Below are positions 19,352 through 29,327 of a stretch of 61,995 bases of DNA, in pieces. Both the position numbers and the translations under genes were made by a program. The DNA lies in contig CAKZOA010000022.1 in assembly GCA_937132035.1 (NCBI GenBank), positions 1 through 61,995 on the forward strand. Direction: 5' to 3'. The first letter of the stretch is position 1. Each line of letters starts with the position of its first letter. The DNA is from an uncultured Desulfobulbaceae bacterium (GTDB lineage Bacteria > Desulfobacterota > Desulfobulbia > Desulfobulbales > Desulfocapsaceae). Below the pieces are notes generated by a model. That model made no database searches and had not been told where the DNA came from. It saw only the letters and a program-made list of their open reading frames with translations.

Positions 19352-19786
19352 CGGCTTATTTCCTTCCGGTCTGTCATCGACGGTGAGCGTATTGGTCCGA
19401 TGATGGAGCAACCACGTCAGAGGCAAACACCGATTTTGGCTGGCAACCCACCGAAGCACGTGTAAGCGTTGCCCCACTCTCCCCGGCAGCAGCCGCAAAA
19501 GACCACCATTGCCCTTTCGCTGCCGGCCCGCACAGTACACGACAACTACGACTACCACTACCCTTCTGCATATATATACTGCAAGAGCAATGAGTAAGAC
19601 CACAGCTGCGCAAACATTGCTCTGCTCGCCATCTGTTCTCGTATGCCAACGAGTGCTTTCTCAGCCCTCGGCCAGGCAGGTACCCCCTGTCTCCGAAGTT
19701 ACCACTCGGGTTTGGTCGATATACCGAAGTCAAGGACTCTCCGCTACACAACGGAGCCCGGAGCATGGAACAACAGCAGGCCCGGA

Positions 19787-20083
19787 CTATATCGGCTTCT
19801 GGGGGGTGATTTTAAAACCTGCTCCACTGCAGCCGCCGCCCTCCTGGTAAACGAACTCCACGACAATAGTTTCACAGTAGGTCAGCAGCGCCTTGTCGAT
19901 AATGACCTCGAGATCATCATAGGAAAAGACCTCGTCTCGATCGGTCTTTTCGTCAATGCTCACCCCCAGCGTCGGACCACTGGTACTCCCTGAGAGGATA
20001 CCTATGCGCACGCAGGAATCGGTCCCGCTCTGCTCTCTGAATTGTTTAAGTTGCTCAACGGCCCCCTTGTCTACTTCGATCAT
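19787..20083 (-). CDS. HesB/IscA-like small protein
   Basis: MIEVDKGAVEQLK...VRIG...GPTLGVSIDE...D...IIDK...GFKIT. GGAG RBS. Confidence 0.75.
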   Translation of the reverse strand: MIEVDKGAVEQLKQFREQSGTDSCVRIGILSGSTSGPTLGVSIDEKTDRDEVFSYDDLEVIIDKALLTYCETIVVEFVYQEGGGCSGAGFKITPQKPI

Positions 20084-20552
20084 ATCACAACTCCGCGTTC
20101 GGTTTTCGTCTGCCGCCGGCGCCACTTCTGTCACCGATAGATTCCAAATTCAGACAGTATATCCCCAAAGTTCACGGTAAACAACATGATTGCGCCTCAG
20201 AAGATCTTTGTCACCATTTTCCCAATATAAATCAGTATGGTAAGAGAAAACATCCCGCTCTTTATCTCGTTTGTCCTTTCGTTCTGCGTCCTCTGCGTCG
20301 GCACCCTGGTATACTGGTATTGCAAAGATATCGAAGTTTTCGATCCTTTTGCATAACGCTGATCCCCTTCAGCACCACCCATAGAAACTGCTGATCCAGG
20401 AGGGTCTGATCTACATCCCCCGCTTCTCTCCCAGATACCAGGGTCTTGCACAGTAGCCGGTGTAAGGTGATGAGGAATTTGCTTGTTTCAGGTAGGAAAA
20501 GTGAATACACTACCGGAGCAGGACTATTCCCCATAATCAACTAGGAGGCAGC

Positions 20553-21041
20553 ATGGATTACTTTGAATTTTCAATTCAGATGGAAAAAGACGCTGAGGCG
20601 CTCTACCGTAAAATGGCTGAGCAAGCACCGGCCGAGGGTATAAAAAAAGTTCTTTTAATGCTTGCAGAAGATGAAGTGCAGCACCGTGTCGCTATCGAAA
20701 ACCTGCAGAAAAAGCTCGATCCGAAGCCAGCCAAAGGCTCGGCTCTCGATATCAAAACGGTATTCGACACGATGAAAAACGACGATTCCATCAACACCAT
20801 CACCGTGGACGCCGTCGATGATTATGAAAAAGCAGTGGAAATCGAGCGGCGCGGTCTCGAGTTCTATCAGGAAAAATTCAAAGAAGCCGACGATCCCGCC
20901 AGCAAGAAACTCTTCGAGATTCTCATGAACCAGGAAAGCTACCATCTACATACCACCAAAAACCTCCTCGACATGGTTCGTCGTCCTGAATGGTGGGTGG
21001 AAAACGCCGAATTCGATCCACATAATTCAGAGACCTATTAG
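20553..21041 (+). CDS. Rubrerythrin/ferritin-like di-iron protein without a rubredoxin domain
   Basis: Repeated E...ExxH (MEK...EDEVQH; EIE...QESYH). AGGAGG RBS. Confidence 0.85.
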   Translation: MDYFEFSIQMEKDAEALYRKMAEQAPAEGIKKVLLMLAEDEVQHRVAIENLQKKLDPKPAKGSALDIKTVFDTMKNDDSINTITVDAVDDYEKAVEIERRGLEFYQEKFKEADDPASKKLFEILMNQESYHLHTTKNLLDMVRRPEWWVENAEFDPHNSETY

Positions 21042-21099
21042 CGCCGCTAATAGCAAATGGAGGCCTTCGCACATAGAGGCCTTCCGCCTGGAGCGTGCA

Positions 21100-21128
21100 C
21101 CGGAGGCGAGCGTCCCGCTCTCCTCCGG
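21100..21128. terminator. GC-rich hairpin between convergent genes
   Basis: CCGGAGGCGAGCG-TCC-CGCTCTCCTCCGG. Confidence 0.35.
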
Positions 21129-21268
21129 CTCGCTGTATACCTTGTTTCTTCACCTCGCCTCCGACGGCAATGCTTTCTTCCGCAGGTTCCGCACCGCTGG
21201 TCTGCTGCACCTTCAATCACAGCTCTACTCGCTTTCTTTCAAGCTGATCGCCTCCCATGCTCAGTACC

Positions 21269-21616
21269 TCATTCCATGGAGAAATCCTTTGGAAAGCCCC
21301 GGGCGTGGCCGCACTGCCAGCAGTGCGTAAACTGGCCTTCGAGCTTTTCGCCGCAGCCCGGACAAAGCCACGACGGCCCGGCGGCCTCTTTGCCGGCATT
21401 AGCTCTTTCGTAGCGCCCTACAAGATCGCGGGCCGCTCTATACCTCCGTTCATCGATTATCCAGACCGAAGGCGCTGTCTCGATGCTGAGGGGAATCTCG
21501 CCCCGGGCGGCAAAGAGGATGTCGCCGCGCACCTGACATTCTATGCCGTTGGTTTCAAGAATCCCCTTGACGATATGGGCCTCAGCAGGATGTTCTGCGG
21601 AATAGACCTGGATCAT
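21269..21616 (-). CDS. DUF2007-like protein with C-terminal zinc ribbon
   Basis: AEAHIVKGILETNGIEC...GEIP; WLCPGCGE...FTHCWQCG. Confidence 0.8.
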   Translation of the reverse strand: MIQVYSAEHPAEAHIVKGILETNGIECQVRGDILFAARGEIPLSIETAPSVWIIDERRYRAARDLVGRYERANAGKEAAGPSWLCPGCGEKLEGQFTHCWQCGHARGFPKDFSME

Positions 21617-22020
21617 AGGCTTTGCCTGTCATGAAGAGATATTGCCCGCCCCGCTGGCTTTTCAGGCCGACCGTGGCCCCATGCCGAGTGCCGATCTCCA
21701 GCTCTCCTCCCGCATCTTCGTTCTGCATATACTACTCTGCACCTCCTGAGCGTGTGACACATTCCCCCACCTGCTGTTTTCAGCGGCTATTGCGAATATT
21801 TAACGGCGACGCAACTCACCACTTGGTAGTAAAGTGTACAGAGCAAAGCACCATCCATTTTACCTGAAATGGGCGGACTGTCGCTGTGTCTCTGCTATCA
21901 TGTCTCAGCGTATACGTCCACTGCTGCAGTCACCCCCGACACTGGGCTATACTTTTTAGTTGTTTGCTGATACAACAAAGAAAAGCCTCCTGCCGTATCA
22001 ACACCGAAAAACAGTTTTTG

Positions 22021-22773
22021 ATGACACGTGGCCGCATCTTTCTCATACTGTATGGCGATCTTGTCGATTTTCTGCCGACGAATCACCGCACCAGGACGAT
22101 TCACTACATCCTCGACAGGCGGGCTTCCATCAAGGACATTATTGAGTCGCAGGGCATACCCCATACCGAAATCGGCCGTATCGACATGGAGGGAAGACAG
22201 CTGAGTTTTCGTCATATTGGCGAAGACGGCGAAAGGATCCATCTTCATCCCTTTACCGAACAGACCCCCCTGAGAACAGCCACCGTTTTGCGCCATGACC
22301 CACTGAAAAACATAGCATTTATGTGCGATTCTACGGTCTCCAGGCTTGCCCGCAACATGCGCATGGCCGGCCTCGATACCGAAAATGCCCCCGAGATTTC
22401 TCTGGTCGACATAGCCCGCCAGGCTTCTTCTGCCGGACGCATACTTATCAGCCGCAACCGCGACCTGCTCAAATGCAGAACCGTCAACTTCGGCCAGCTT
22501 ATACGCTCCGTTCACCATCGGCTGCAGCTACGGGAAGTATTTGCCAGATTCAGGCCGGAAAACCTCCTTGATCCCTTCAGCCGCTGTCTGGTCTGCAACA
22601 GTACCCTGGTTGTCGTTGACAAAGAGCACATTATTCACTTTCTGGAGCCGCTTACCCAAAAATACTACCACTCCTTCAAAAAGTGTCCCGGCTGCGGCAA
22701 GATTTACTGGCACGGCTCCCATCTCGCCAAAATGGAAAAAACCCTTCACGCTGTGCTGAAAACCCTCGATTAG
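22021..22773 (+). CDS. Mut7-C ubiquitin-like / RNase (PIN) domain protein
   Basis: SIKDIIESQGIPHTEI, RLARNMRMAGLD, FSRCLVCN, CPGCGKIYWHGSH. Confidence 0.85.
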   Translation: MTRGRIFLILYGDLVDFLPTNHRTRTIHYILDRRASIKDIIESQGIPHTEIGRIDMEGRQLSFRHIGEDGERIHLHPFTEQTPLRTATVLRHDPLKNIAFMCDSTVSRLARNMRMAGLDTENAPEISLVDIARQASSAGRILISRNRDLLKCRTVNFGQLIRSVHHRLQLREVFARFRPENLLDPFSRCLVCNSTLVVVDKEHIIHFLEPLTQKYYHSFKKCPGCGKIYWHGSHLAKMEKTLHAVLKTLD

Positions 22774-23228
22774 CAGTGCGTCGAAGAATTGTAAATTCAT
22801 CTCAAAGTACAACGTTATCAGGAAATCAAGCACAGACATAGAAGAAATATTTCAAGCATTGATTTTCCCAAACACACCAGAGCCGGGTGGCAAGCAAACG
22901 CAGTGAGACTCCGAGAACGTGCTTGCTCCGACACTCCCAGGGCGTTCTTCGCAAAGTATTCTCTGTTTTCATGCAGCAATTGGCCCGCGACTCTCCTTCA
23001 CGGTCAGAATTTTTTCCAGTCCACCGACGTGATTATCTCGACCGCCAGCTCACTGCACGACCGATTTTCGCTACAAATCGAACGTCTATTATTGCAAGAG
23101 TATCCCAATAAAATAATGACAAAGCATCGATCATTTGTTTCTATGGAGTCAAGACTTGAATCATGTGTTTCCAGGGTGGCTCGCGCCCCGGGAAAACGCG
23201 GTTTCCCTCTTGTGGTTTCGACATTTCC

Positions 23229-24158
23229 ATGACCAATCCGTCCCCAAACGAAACGCACACACAGCAGCAGAAGCTGGTACAGGAACTCGAGCACACACGC
23301 CGGCTGCTGCAGCAGGAGCGAGAGATCCGTACCAGGCTGGAGCAAGACAACCTCGCCCTGTCGGCGCACCTCGACCACCTTCCGCTTTTCATCTGTCTGA
23401 TCGAAGGCGACTACACCATCACCTACACCAATGCCTTCTGCAGCGATTTTTTCGGCGAGGAAACAGGAGCTAGGTGCTACACCTATTTCCTGCAGCGTCA
23501 GAATCCCTGTCCAAAATGCCCGCTCCGCCCCGGGTTCAGCGAGCGCAGCGGGCATATTCTCTCATTGAAAGGACCAAAAAGGAGCGCACGCGCTTTTAAG
23601 ATTTTGAACACGGTTTACACCACCCCCGCAGGCGCACCCATGCTGCTGAGTGCAGGTATAGATGTCAGCACCGAAGTCGAAACCATCACGGAGCAGAAAA
23701 AGAGGCTGCGGGAATGCCGCCGTGCAAGCGAAAAAAACAGAAACGCGGTTGAACGGAAAACCATTGCCCTCAAAGAGGTGCTCAGTCAGCTCGAGATCGA
23801 AAAACAGAAGATGGCGGAAAAGGTCGAGGTCAATGTCCAGAAGGTGTTGCTGCCGGTTATCGACAAGCTGATCGAGAAATCATCTTCACTCGACAGCCGC
23901 TACCTGATGATGCTCAAACAAAACCTGAAACAGCTGACATCTTCCGTTGGCAAAAAAATCTCCGACACCAATTATAACCTGACACCTAAAGAAATCGAAC
24001 TCTGCGGCCTGATCAAAGGCGGCTTTTCCATTAAAGAGATAGCCACCATGCAGAATCTCTCGGAGAGGACCGTCGAGACCCATCGTCTCAATATACGACG
24101 CAAACTCGGCCTGACCTCGGCCAAGATAAATCTCACCTCCTACCTTTCACAGCTCTAG
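23229..24158 (+). CDS. PAS-like / coiled-coil LuxR-family transcriptional regulator
   Basis: C-terminal LTPKEIELC...GFSIKEIA...SERTVETHRLNIRRKLG. Cys-containing PAS segment CY...PCPKCP. Confidence 0.85.
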   Translation: MTNPSPNETHTQQQKLVQELEHTRRLLQQEREIRTRLEQDNLALSAHLDHLPLFICLIEGDYTITYTNAFCSDFFGEETGARCYTYFLQRQNPCPKCPLRPGFSERSGHILSLKGPKRSARAFKILNTVYTTPAGAPMLLSAGIDVSTEVETITEQKKRLRECRRASEKNRNAVERKTIALKEVLSQLEIEKQKMAEKVEVNVQKVLLPVIDKLIEKSSSLDSRYLMMLKQNLKQLTSSVGKKISDTNYNLTPKEIELCGLIKGGFSIKEIATMQNLSERTVETHRLNIRRKLGLTSAKINLTSYLSQL

Positions 24159-24398
24159 GATTCTGGCGAAGAAGGCACTCCTGGCCACAATCAGATATGG
24201 AAAAACCAGGGTGGGTGTCAGCGTTTCAACATGACGCCAGCCGCTAGCCATTCTGCCGCATGACTACGTATGGTCCTCCTTTTCCATGTCGGAAACGGGC
24301 GAGGCACCACATATTCTGTAGAGATGGCTGGAGTACCTAATTAGTTGTATATTTATGCCTTCTTCGGCATCAGCACAGATACTGCGTAAGCACCCACC

Positions 24399-24427
24399 CT
24401 ACGTATTTATTATACGTAGTTACTACG
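24399..24427. promoter_or_regulatory. Overlapping CTACG-based palindromes, probable operator
   Basis: CTACGTAT-TTATT-ATACGTAG overlapping CGTAGT-T-ACTACG. Confidence 0.45.
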
Positions 24428-24584
24428 CGGTCAATCAGTAGAGAAATTTTATCGGCTCTATGGTATTATGCCTAGGGCTTAGCGAATTACAAAACTGCAA
24501 CACGGACAAAAGACAAAAGATCCAGACTGTCCCGGGGGGAGTGCATACAGACAAATCTTTGACACTAGGATATTTACCGAGACC

Positions 24585-24965
24585 ATGGAAATCTCTCCTC
24601 ACCGAATCCTGCTAGTTGATGACGATGTTCATCTTCTCAACATGGCCGAGAAAATCATTGAGAGACTGGGCTACAACGTCATCGCCCACACCAACAGCGA
24701 TGATGCCCTGCAGATCTTCAAAGACCTGCCCAGTCAGTTCGACCTGGTCATAACCGATTACCGGATGCCTGGTATGAATGGCGCTGAGTTGAGCCGGGAG
24801 ATCCTCAAGGTCGCCCCGGACATACCGATCATCATGTGCTCGGGCTTCACCAGCGAATTCAGCGGGGAAGACGCCGACGCCCTGGGCATCAAACGGTTTA
24901 TCCGCAAGCCACTGATGAAAAAGGACTTCGCCCTGCTCATCGAGGATGCCCTTAGCGAAAACTAA
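24585..24965 (+). CDS. Single-domain response regulator (receiver)
   Basis: ILLVDDD, DLVITDYRMPGMNG, SG, KP. Confidence 0.92.
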   Translation: MEISPHRILLVDDDVHLLNMAEKIIERLGYNVIAHTNSDDALQIFKDLPSQFDLVITDYRMPGMNGAELSREILKVAPDIPIIMCSGFTSEFSGEDADALGIKRFIRKPLMKKDFALLIEDALSEN

Positions 24966-24974
24966 AAAGTACGC

Positions 24975-25601
24975 TTATTGCGAAGCCAACGTCCCCACCA
25001 CCACAATCTCGCCGTCTTTCTCTCTGCGGACGACGACCATCTCGCCCGAGGACGGATGCACTCCCGTCAACGCGGTAATATTGACCTGATGGGTAACAAG
25101 AATAAGCGGTCCCCGGTACTCCATCTCTAAAAGCCATGTGCGTAATCCGGCGGTCTGCTCATCGGCGCGTCCATAGTCTCTGAAAAAGGAATTTAAAAGC
25201 TCGAGTTCCCTGACCTCACCCAGACCCAACAGTGCCGCGGTTTGGCGGCAGCGACACCATTGGCTGGTGTAGACCCTGGCGCGGTCGATCCCTCGGCTGC
25301 GGAAGCGCTCGCCTATCTCTTTGGCCTGAAGGCGGCCTGATTCGGAAAGGTTGCGCTGGGTCCGGCAATCATCGAGACTGAACTGCGGTGGATCGCCGAC
25401 TCCCGGAGCGACAGCATGGCGCAGAAGAGCGACATAATCAGGCATCGACAGCAGCCGCCAGAGTTTCTCCTCCGCCTGTCTCTGTGGAGCAGTTCCCGAC
25501 ACCGTCTGCACGAACACGCAGGTGCACAGCAAAGACAGCAGGACAATCATGCCGCCGGGGGCCAATTTGTCTTTTTTCATTCTATGCTTCTCCTCTTGCA
25601 T
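24975..25601 (-). CDS. Histidine phosphatase superfamily protein, exported
   Basis: Signal/TM segment, LLRHA, QRNLS, SQWCRC, LVTHQVNI. Confidence 0.85.
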   Translation of the reverse strand: MQEEKHRMKKDKLAPGGMIVLLSLLCTCVFVQTVSGTAPQRQAEEKLWRLLSMPDYVALLRHAVAPGVGDPPQFSLDDCRTQRNLSESGRLQAKEIGERFRSRGIDRARVYTSQWCRCRQTAALLGLGEVRELELLNSFFRDYGRADEQTAGLRTWLLEMEYRGPLILVTHQVNITALTGVHPSSGEMVVVRREKDGEIVVVGTLASQ

Positions 25602-25633
25602 TACACCCCTGCCTGCAGACAGTGGCCTCGCCT

Positions 25634-26215
25634 TTACGGTACTCCGGCGGGTCCCCCTTCTGCCAGTGCCATCTGCGCCTCATTGACCAGCTCAAAAGCG
25701 GTCTCCAGGATAATGTCAATGCCTGTGTTTCCGTCTTTGAGCCGTACCTCCACCTGCCACCAGCCACAGGGATCGCCACGTTCACCGCTATAGGAAATAA
25801 CCGCATAGGCCAGGCGGACAGTGGATGGTTCACCTGCCAGTTCGCCATCGCCGCACACTACAGCATCTTTTTCGTAGCTGAAGATGCCGTCCGGACGACG
25901 AATACGGATATCGCAGATAATATCGATATGACCTTTTTCATCGGTGCTGGGATTGCTGTAGAGCGTCAGCACCGTTACCTCTTCGCCCAGTCGCACCGAC
26001 TCCGTCTGCTTAAACCGCGGTACATCACCGGAGGGGTCGTTCCATTCCTGCCGCCAGTCGGGATCTGAAGTTACCAACAGCCAGCCCCTGAAATCCTGAA
26101 CACTTGTGATTAAAGGCCCGCTTCCAGATAAATAGAGTGCACCTTCTGCGCGGTGGCTGCCAACAGGCAGTGACAGAATCAGCACAACAAAAAACGAAAT
26201 CAGCCGAACGTGCAT
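25634..26215 (-). CDS. Hypothetical secreted protein
   Basis: Signal-peptide-like N-terminus and a beta-rich body. No recognised family. Confidence 0.6.
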   Translation of the reverse strand: MHVRLISFFVVLILSLPVGSHRAEGALYLSGSGPLITSVQDFRGWLLVTSDPDWRQEWNDPSGDVPRFKQTESVRLGEEVTVLTLYSNPSTDEKGHIDIICDIRIRRPDGIFSYEKDAVVCGDGELAGEPSTVRLAYAVISYSGERGDPCGWWQVEVRLKDGNTGIDIILETAFELVNEAQMALAEGGPAGVP

Positions 26216-26637
26216 GAAGAGACTCTTGACAGGACAGAGGAAAAAGATTCTTTAATGATATACTTGATTACCCCTGAAACTCAGCCTAGCCAATTATGGA
26301 AAGACAGGGATGCTCTTTTCACGGGCGTCTGCAGCCTGGACGGCTGAAGTCGAGCCTCCAGGAATGGGTTCCTGGCGTACCGGGAAAAGAGTATCCCTGT
26401 CTCAGACCGAGTGGTTGAGAATAAAGGGTAATCAAATTACTGTATAAGCATTCTGCTGCCGATTTCCAGGGATATTGCCGTGTGGGAGGAACAGTCGGCA
26501 GAGAACAGGCCGCCGGGAAGACTATCGACCCCGCAGCGCGCTGCAGAAATTGAGCTCGGCTAGATGCCCGCATTCTCATGCCAGAGAGAATGAAGTCTCG
26601 CCCTAATACGTGTGTTGGAGAGTTGCCCGAAGCCACC

Positions 26638-27204
26638 ATGATACAGGAACATAATCTGGTTATAATCGGCGGCAGCGGCCGCAACGTCGGCAAGACCGAG
26701 TTTGTCTGCAGGCTCATAGCCAGGCTATCGACGACGAATACAATCTACGGCTTGAAGATCTCCGCTATTTACCCCGACGAAGGAATCTTTCACGGCAACC
26801 ATGGCCGATCGGATGTTCACAGCGCTATTTTCGAGGAAACCCGGGCCGACACTGGCAAAGACACCTCGCGCATGCTGCGGGCCGGTGCGGCCAGGGTCTT
26901 TTACCTGCGCAGTGAGGACAAGGGCATTCTTTCAGCCTACCGTCGGTGGAGAAGGCGTGTGCCCGCCGATGCTGCCATCGTTTGTGAATCCAACAGCCTG
27001 GCCATGTATGTCCGACCAGCCATCTATATCATGATCACGAAAGCCGCAGGAGTAGTAAAACCGCGGGCCCAAAAGATGCTGGAACAGGCCGACATGGTAG
27101 TTTTCTCTGATGGCAAATCCGGCTTCGGCGACCTCTGCCGTCTTCATTTTACAGCTGGTGGTTTCGTACTTGACAGTGATAAGACCGAGGGCGGAGCACG
27201 CTAG
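26638..27204 (+). CDS. P-loop protein, MobB-like, function unknown
   Basis: IIGGSGRNVGKT Walker A, KDTSRMLRAGA, VCESNS. Adjacent to the MOSC and moaA genes. Confidence 0.7.
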   Translation: MIQEHNLVIIGGSGRNVGKTEFVCRLIARLSTTNTIYGLKISAIYPDEGIFHGNHGRSDVHSAIFEETRADTGKDTSRMLRAGAARVFYLRSEDKGILSAYRRWRRRVPADAAIVCESNSLAMYVRPAIYIMITKAAGVVKPRAQKMLEQADMVVFSDGKSGFGDLCRLHFTAGGFVLDSDKTEGGAR

Positions 27205-27261
27205 CCCATCCGCTCTCTCCGGCCTGTATTCGCCTCACCGCCATATTCTAGATGGCGTGCC

Positions 27262-27717
27262 TCAGTCCGTGGCCGCTGCCTTTTTCCGGTAAACAATCGG
27301 CATATCGGGCCGAACCTCCCCGCCCCGAAGCACCTTGGCGAAAACACCTTCACGGGGCATGATACAGTCACCAGTCTGTCTCTTTATGGCGCAGCCTGCG
27401 TTATGGCATTCTTTGCCTATCTGGGTGATTTCCAGCATGACGCTGTCGCCTATCTGCAAGCGGTCTCCCTCTGCCACCACCGTCAAGTCAACTCCTCTGG
27501 TAATGATATTCTCAGCAAAGGCCCCTCTTTGCAATTTGGGCATGGCCAGCTTGACAGTGTCAATGGACTCTCCCGCCAGCAGGGACACCTGGCGATGCCA
27601 GTCTCCGGCATGGGCATCACCTTCGATCCCCCAGTTGTCTCTGAGAACTATCATTTCCTGTGGCTTCTTAACCACCCCTTTTTTGATACTGGTACATACT
27701 GCTTCAACAAACGGCAT
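27262..27717 (-). CDS. MOSC domain-containing protein
   Basis: GDAHAGDWHRQVSLL, FAENI, QIGKECH, CIMPREG. Confidence 0.9.
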   Translation of the reverse strand: MPFVEAVCTSIKKGVVKKPQEMIVLRDNWGIEGDAHAGDWHRQVSLLAGESIDTVKLAMPKLQRGAFAENIITRGVDLTVVAEGDRLQIGDSVMLEITQIGKECHNAGCAIKRQTGDCIMPREGVFAKVLRGGEVRPDMPIVYRKKAAATD

Positions 27718-28011
27718 CACAGACCCTCCTCAGCCAGAAAACACAGGTTCGCGTATGGAATAATCATACCTAAAGACATCAACTCGTTCTCCGGCTTTGA
27801 ATTTCTGGCCCGGTTCCAGGAGAATATAAACGGCGGCGCCGGACAGCGAGATCACCATATGCGAGCCTGCCTGGGGCATTGCTTATAAAAAACCCGCTGT
27901 TGGGACGCCACTGGTAATTATAGCGTTTTACAAGGTGGTCCCACTGCTCCTGCCCGCGCACAAAGCAGTGACTGGGCATTACCGGCATGCTCCTGACTCC
28001 TGCCACCGCTG

Positions 28012-29031
28012 TCAACCGCCGATGGCCGCCATGGAAGGCTCAGACAATCTGCGGGATGCCTTCTCGGCGCTGTGACCATCCGGTGCACTGCGGACAACGG
28101 CGTCAACGATCTGCCTGCCTATTTCTTCATCATCGCGGCCACTGCGCAGCAGAGCCCTGAGATCCAGAACACCGTTGTCGTAGAGGCAGGTCTTGAGCAT
28201 GCCGGTTGAGGTGATACGCACCTTGTTGCAGCTGGCGCAGAAGTGGCGGGAATTTCCTTCTATTACACCGATCCTGCCCTTGAAATCCGGTCGGGTAAAA
28301 AGCCGGGCGGTGGTCGGTGTATCGGTCCTCAGCTCGACCATGTCGGCAAAGAGATTCTGTAATCGCCAGAGAAGCGACTCTCGTCCAAGGTGGTCTATGA
28401 TTTCGGCACCGGAAAAGGGCATCTGTTCGATAAAACGCACATCCACCGGTCTCTTGCGACCAAGTTCGACCATCTCAATCAACTCCTCGTCCGAGGTATC
28501 CTCCAGAACCACACTGTTGATTTTTACACCGATGTCGAGGGCAAGCGCCCCGTGAAAAGTCCTGAGAACATCATCGAGCCTGTCTCTTCGGGTGATCTGT
28601 GCATACCGCTGTCTGTCGAGGGTATCGAGGCTGAGATTGATGCCGGCTACCCCCGCAGCCTTGAGGGCATGGAGATGATCGGCGGCCAGGACACCGTTGG
28701 TTGTCAGATAGAGCTGCTCAACGCCGTCAATCTTTTTCATCGCCTCTAAAAGACTGAGAACGCCTTTCCTGGCAAAGGGCTCGCCACCGGTGATGCGGAC
28801 TTTTTTCACGCCATAGGCGGCAAGTATCGCCACCAGACGTCTGATCTCCTCGAATGTGAGAATATCCTCATGGGGAACTTGCTCGATGCCCTCGGCGGGG
28901 CAGCAATAGCGGCAGCGGAGATTGCACCGGTCGGTTATAGAGAGGCGGAGATAGCTGATCTTGCGGTTGAAGTTGTCAACCAGTTGGCCGGGCGTGACTC
29001 GCCGCCCGTTGGCCGGATGATGTTGCGACAT
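28012..29031 (-). CDS. moaA: GTP 3',8-cyclase MoaA
   Basis: YLRLSITDRCNLRCRYC, TGGEP, FCASCNKVR...C, C-terminal IGG. Confidence 0.95.
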   Translation of the reverse strand: MSQHHPANGRRVTPGQLVDNFNRKISYLRLSITDRCNLRCRYCCPAEGIEQVPHEDILTFEEIRRLVAILAAYGVKKVRITGGEPFARKGVLSLLEAMKKIDGVEQLYLTTNGVLAADHLHALKAAGVAGINLSLDTLDRQRYAQITRRDRLDDVLRTFHGALALDIGVKINSVVLEDTSDEELIEMVELGRKRPVDVRFIEQMPFSGAEIIDHLGRESLLWRLQNLFADMVELRTDTPTTARLFTRPDFKGRIGVIEGNSRHFCASCNKVRITSTGMLKTCLYDNGVLDLRALLRSGRDDEEIGRQIVDAVVRSAPDGHSAEKASRRLSEPSMAAIGG

Positions 29032-29034
29032 GAT

Positions 29035-29130
29035 TTCTCCTTTCCAATGTCGGGAGGCCAGGCTGTTTCCAGCAAGACCCTATCGGCCTGAAACCCTATC
29101 TTTCGACGTAGGTCCTTTGGCTCGGAGTTT
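29035..29130 (-). ncRNA. Moco RNA motif riboswitch, P3-less (Tuco-type)
   Basis: Minus strand ACTCCGAGCC...GACCT...GAAA...GGGTT...GGCCGATAGGGTC...GGAAAC...GCCTCCCGACATTGGAAAGGAG immediately before the moaA ATG. Matches the E. coli moaA leader architecture, with P1 sequestering the SD. Confidence 0.88.
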
Positions 29131-29327
29131 TTCTTGAGTGCTCCAGTTGATACTTTACTACAGAGTCTGCCATTTTTAAAGCACTAGTTATTCCACAACC
29201 ACCACCGATCCAAACCGGTCATTGTCTCCAAAGATCACACCGACAGGCAGCCCCTCTTTCTCTCCCGCTGCAGGACCGTAGTCCAGGTAACAGGGCGCCA
29301 GCATCAACTTGGTCAGGCGCAAGTGCC

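Noticed and set aside
19352-19603. N-terminal extension of the GGDEF ORF, or a c-di-GMP riboswitch in its leader
   Set aside because: The extension is low-complexity (poly-Val from a short GTA/GTC repeat) and a better start exists at 19351. The GEMM core motifs were not found.
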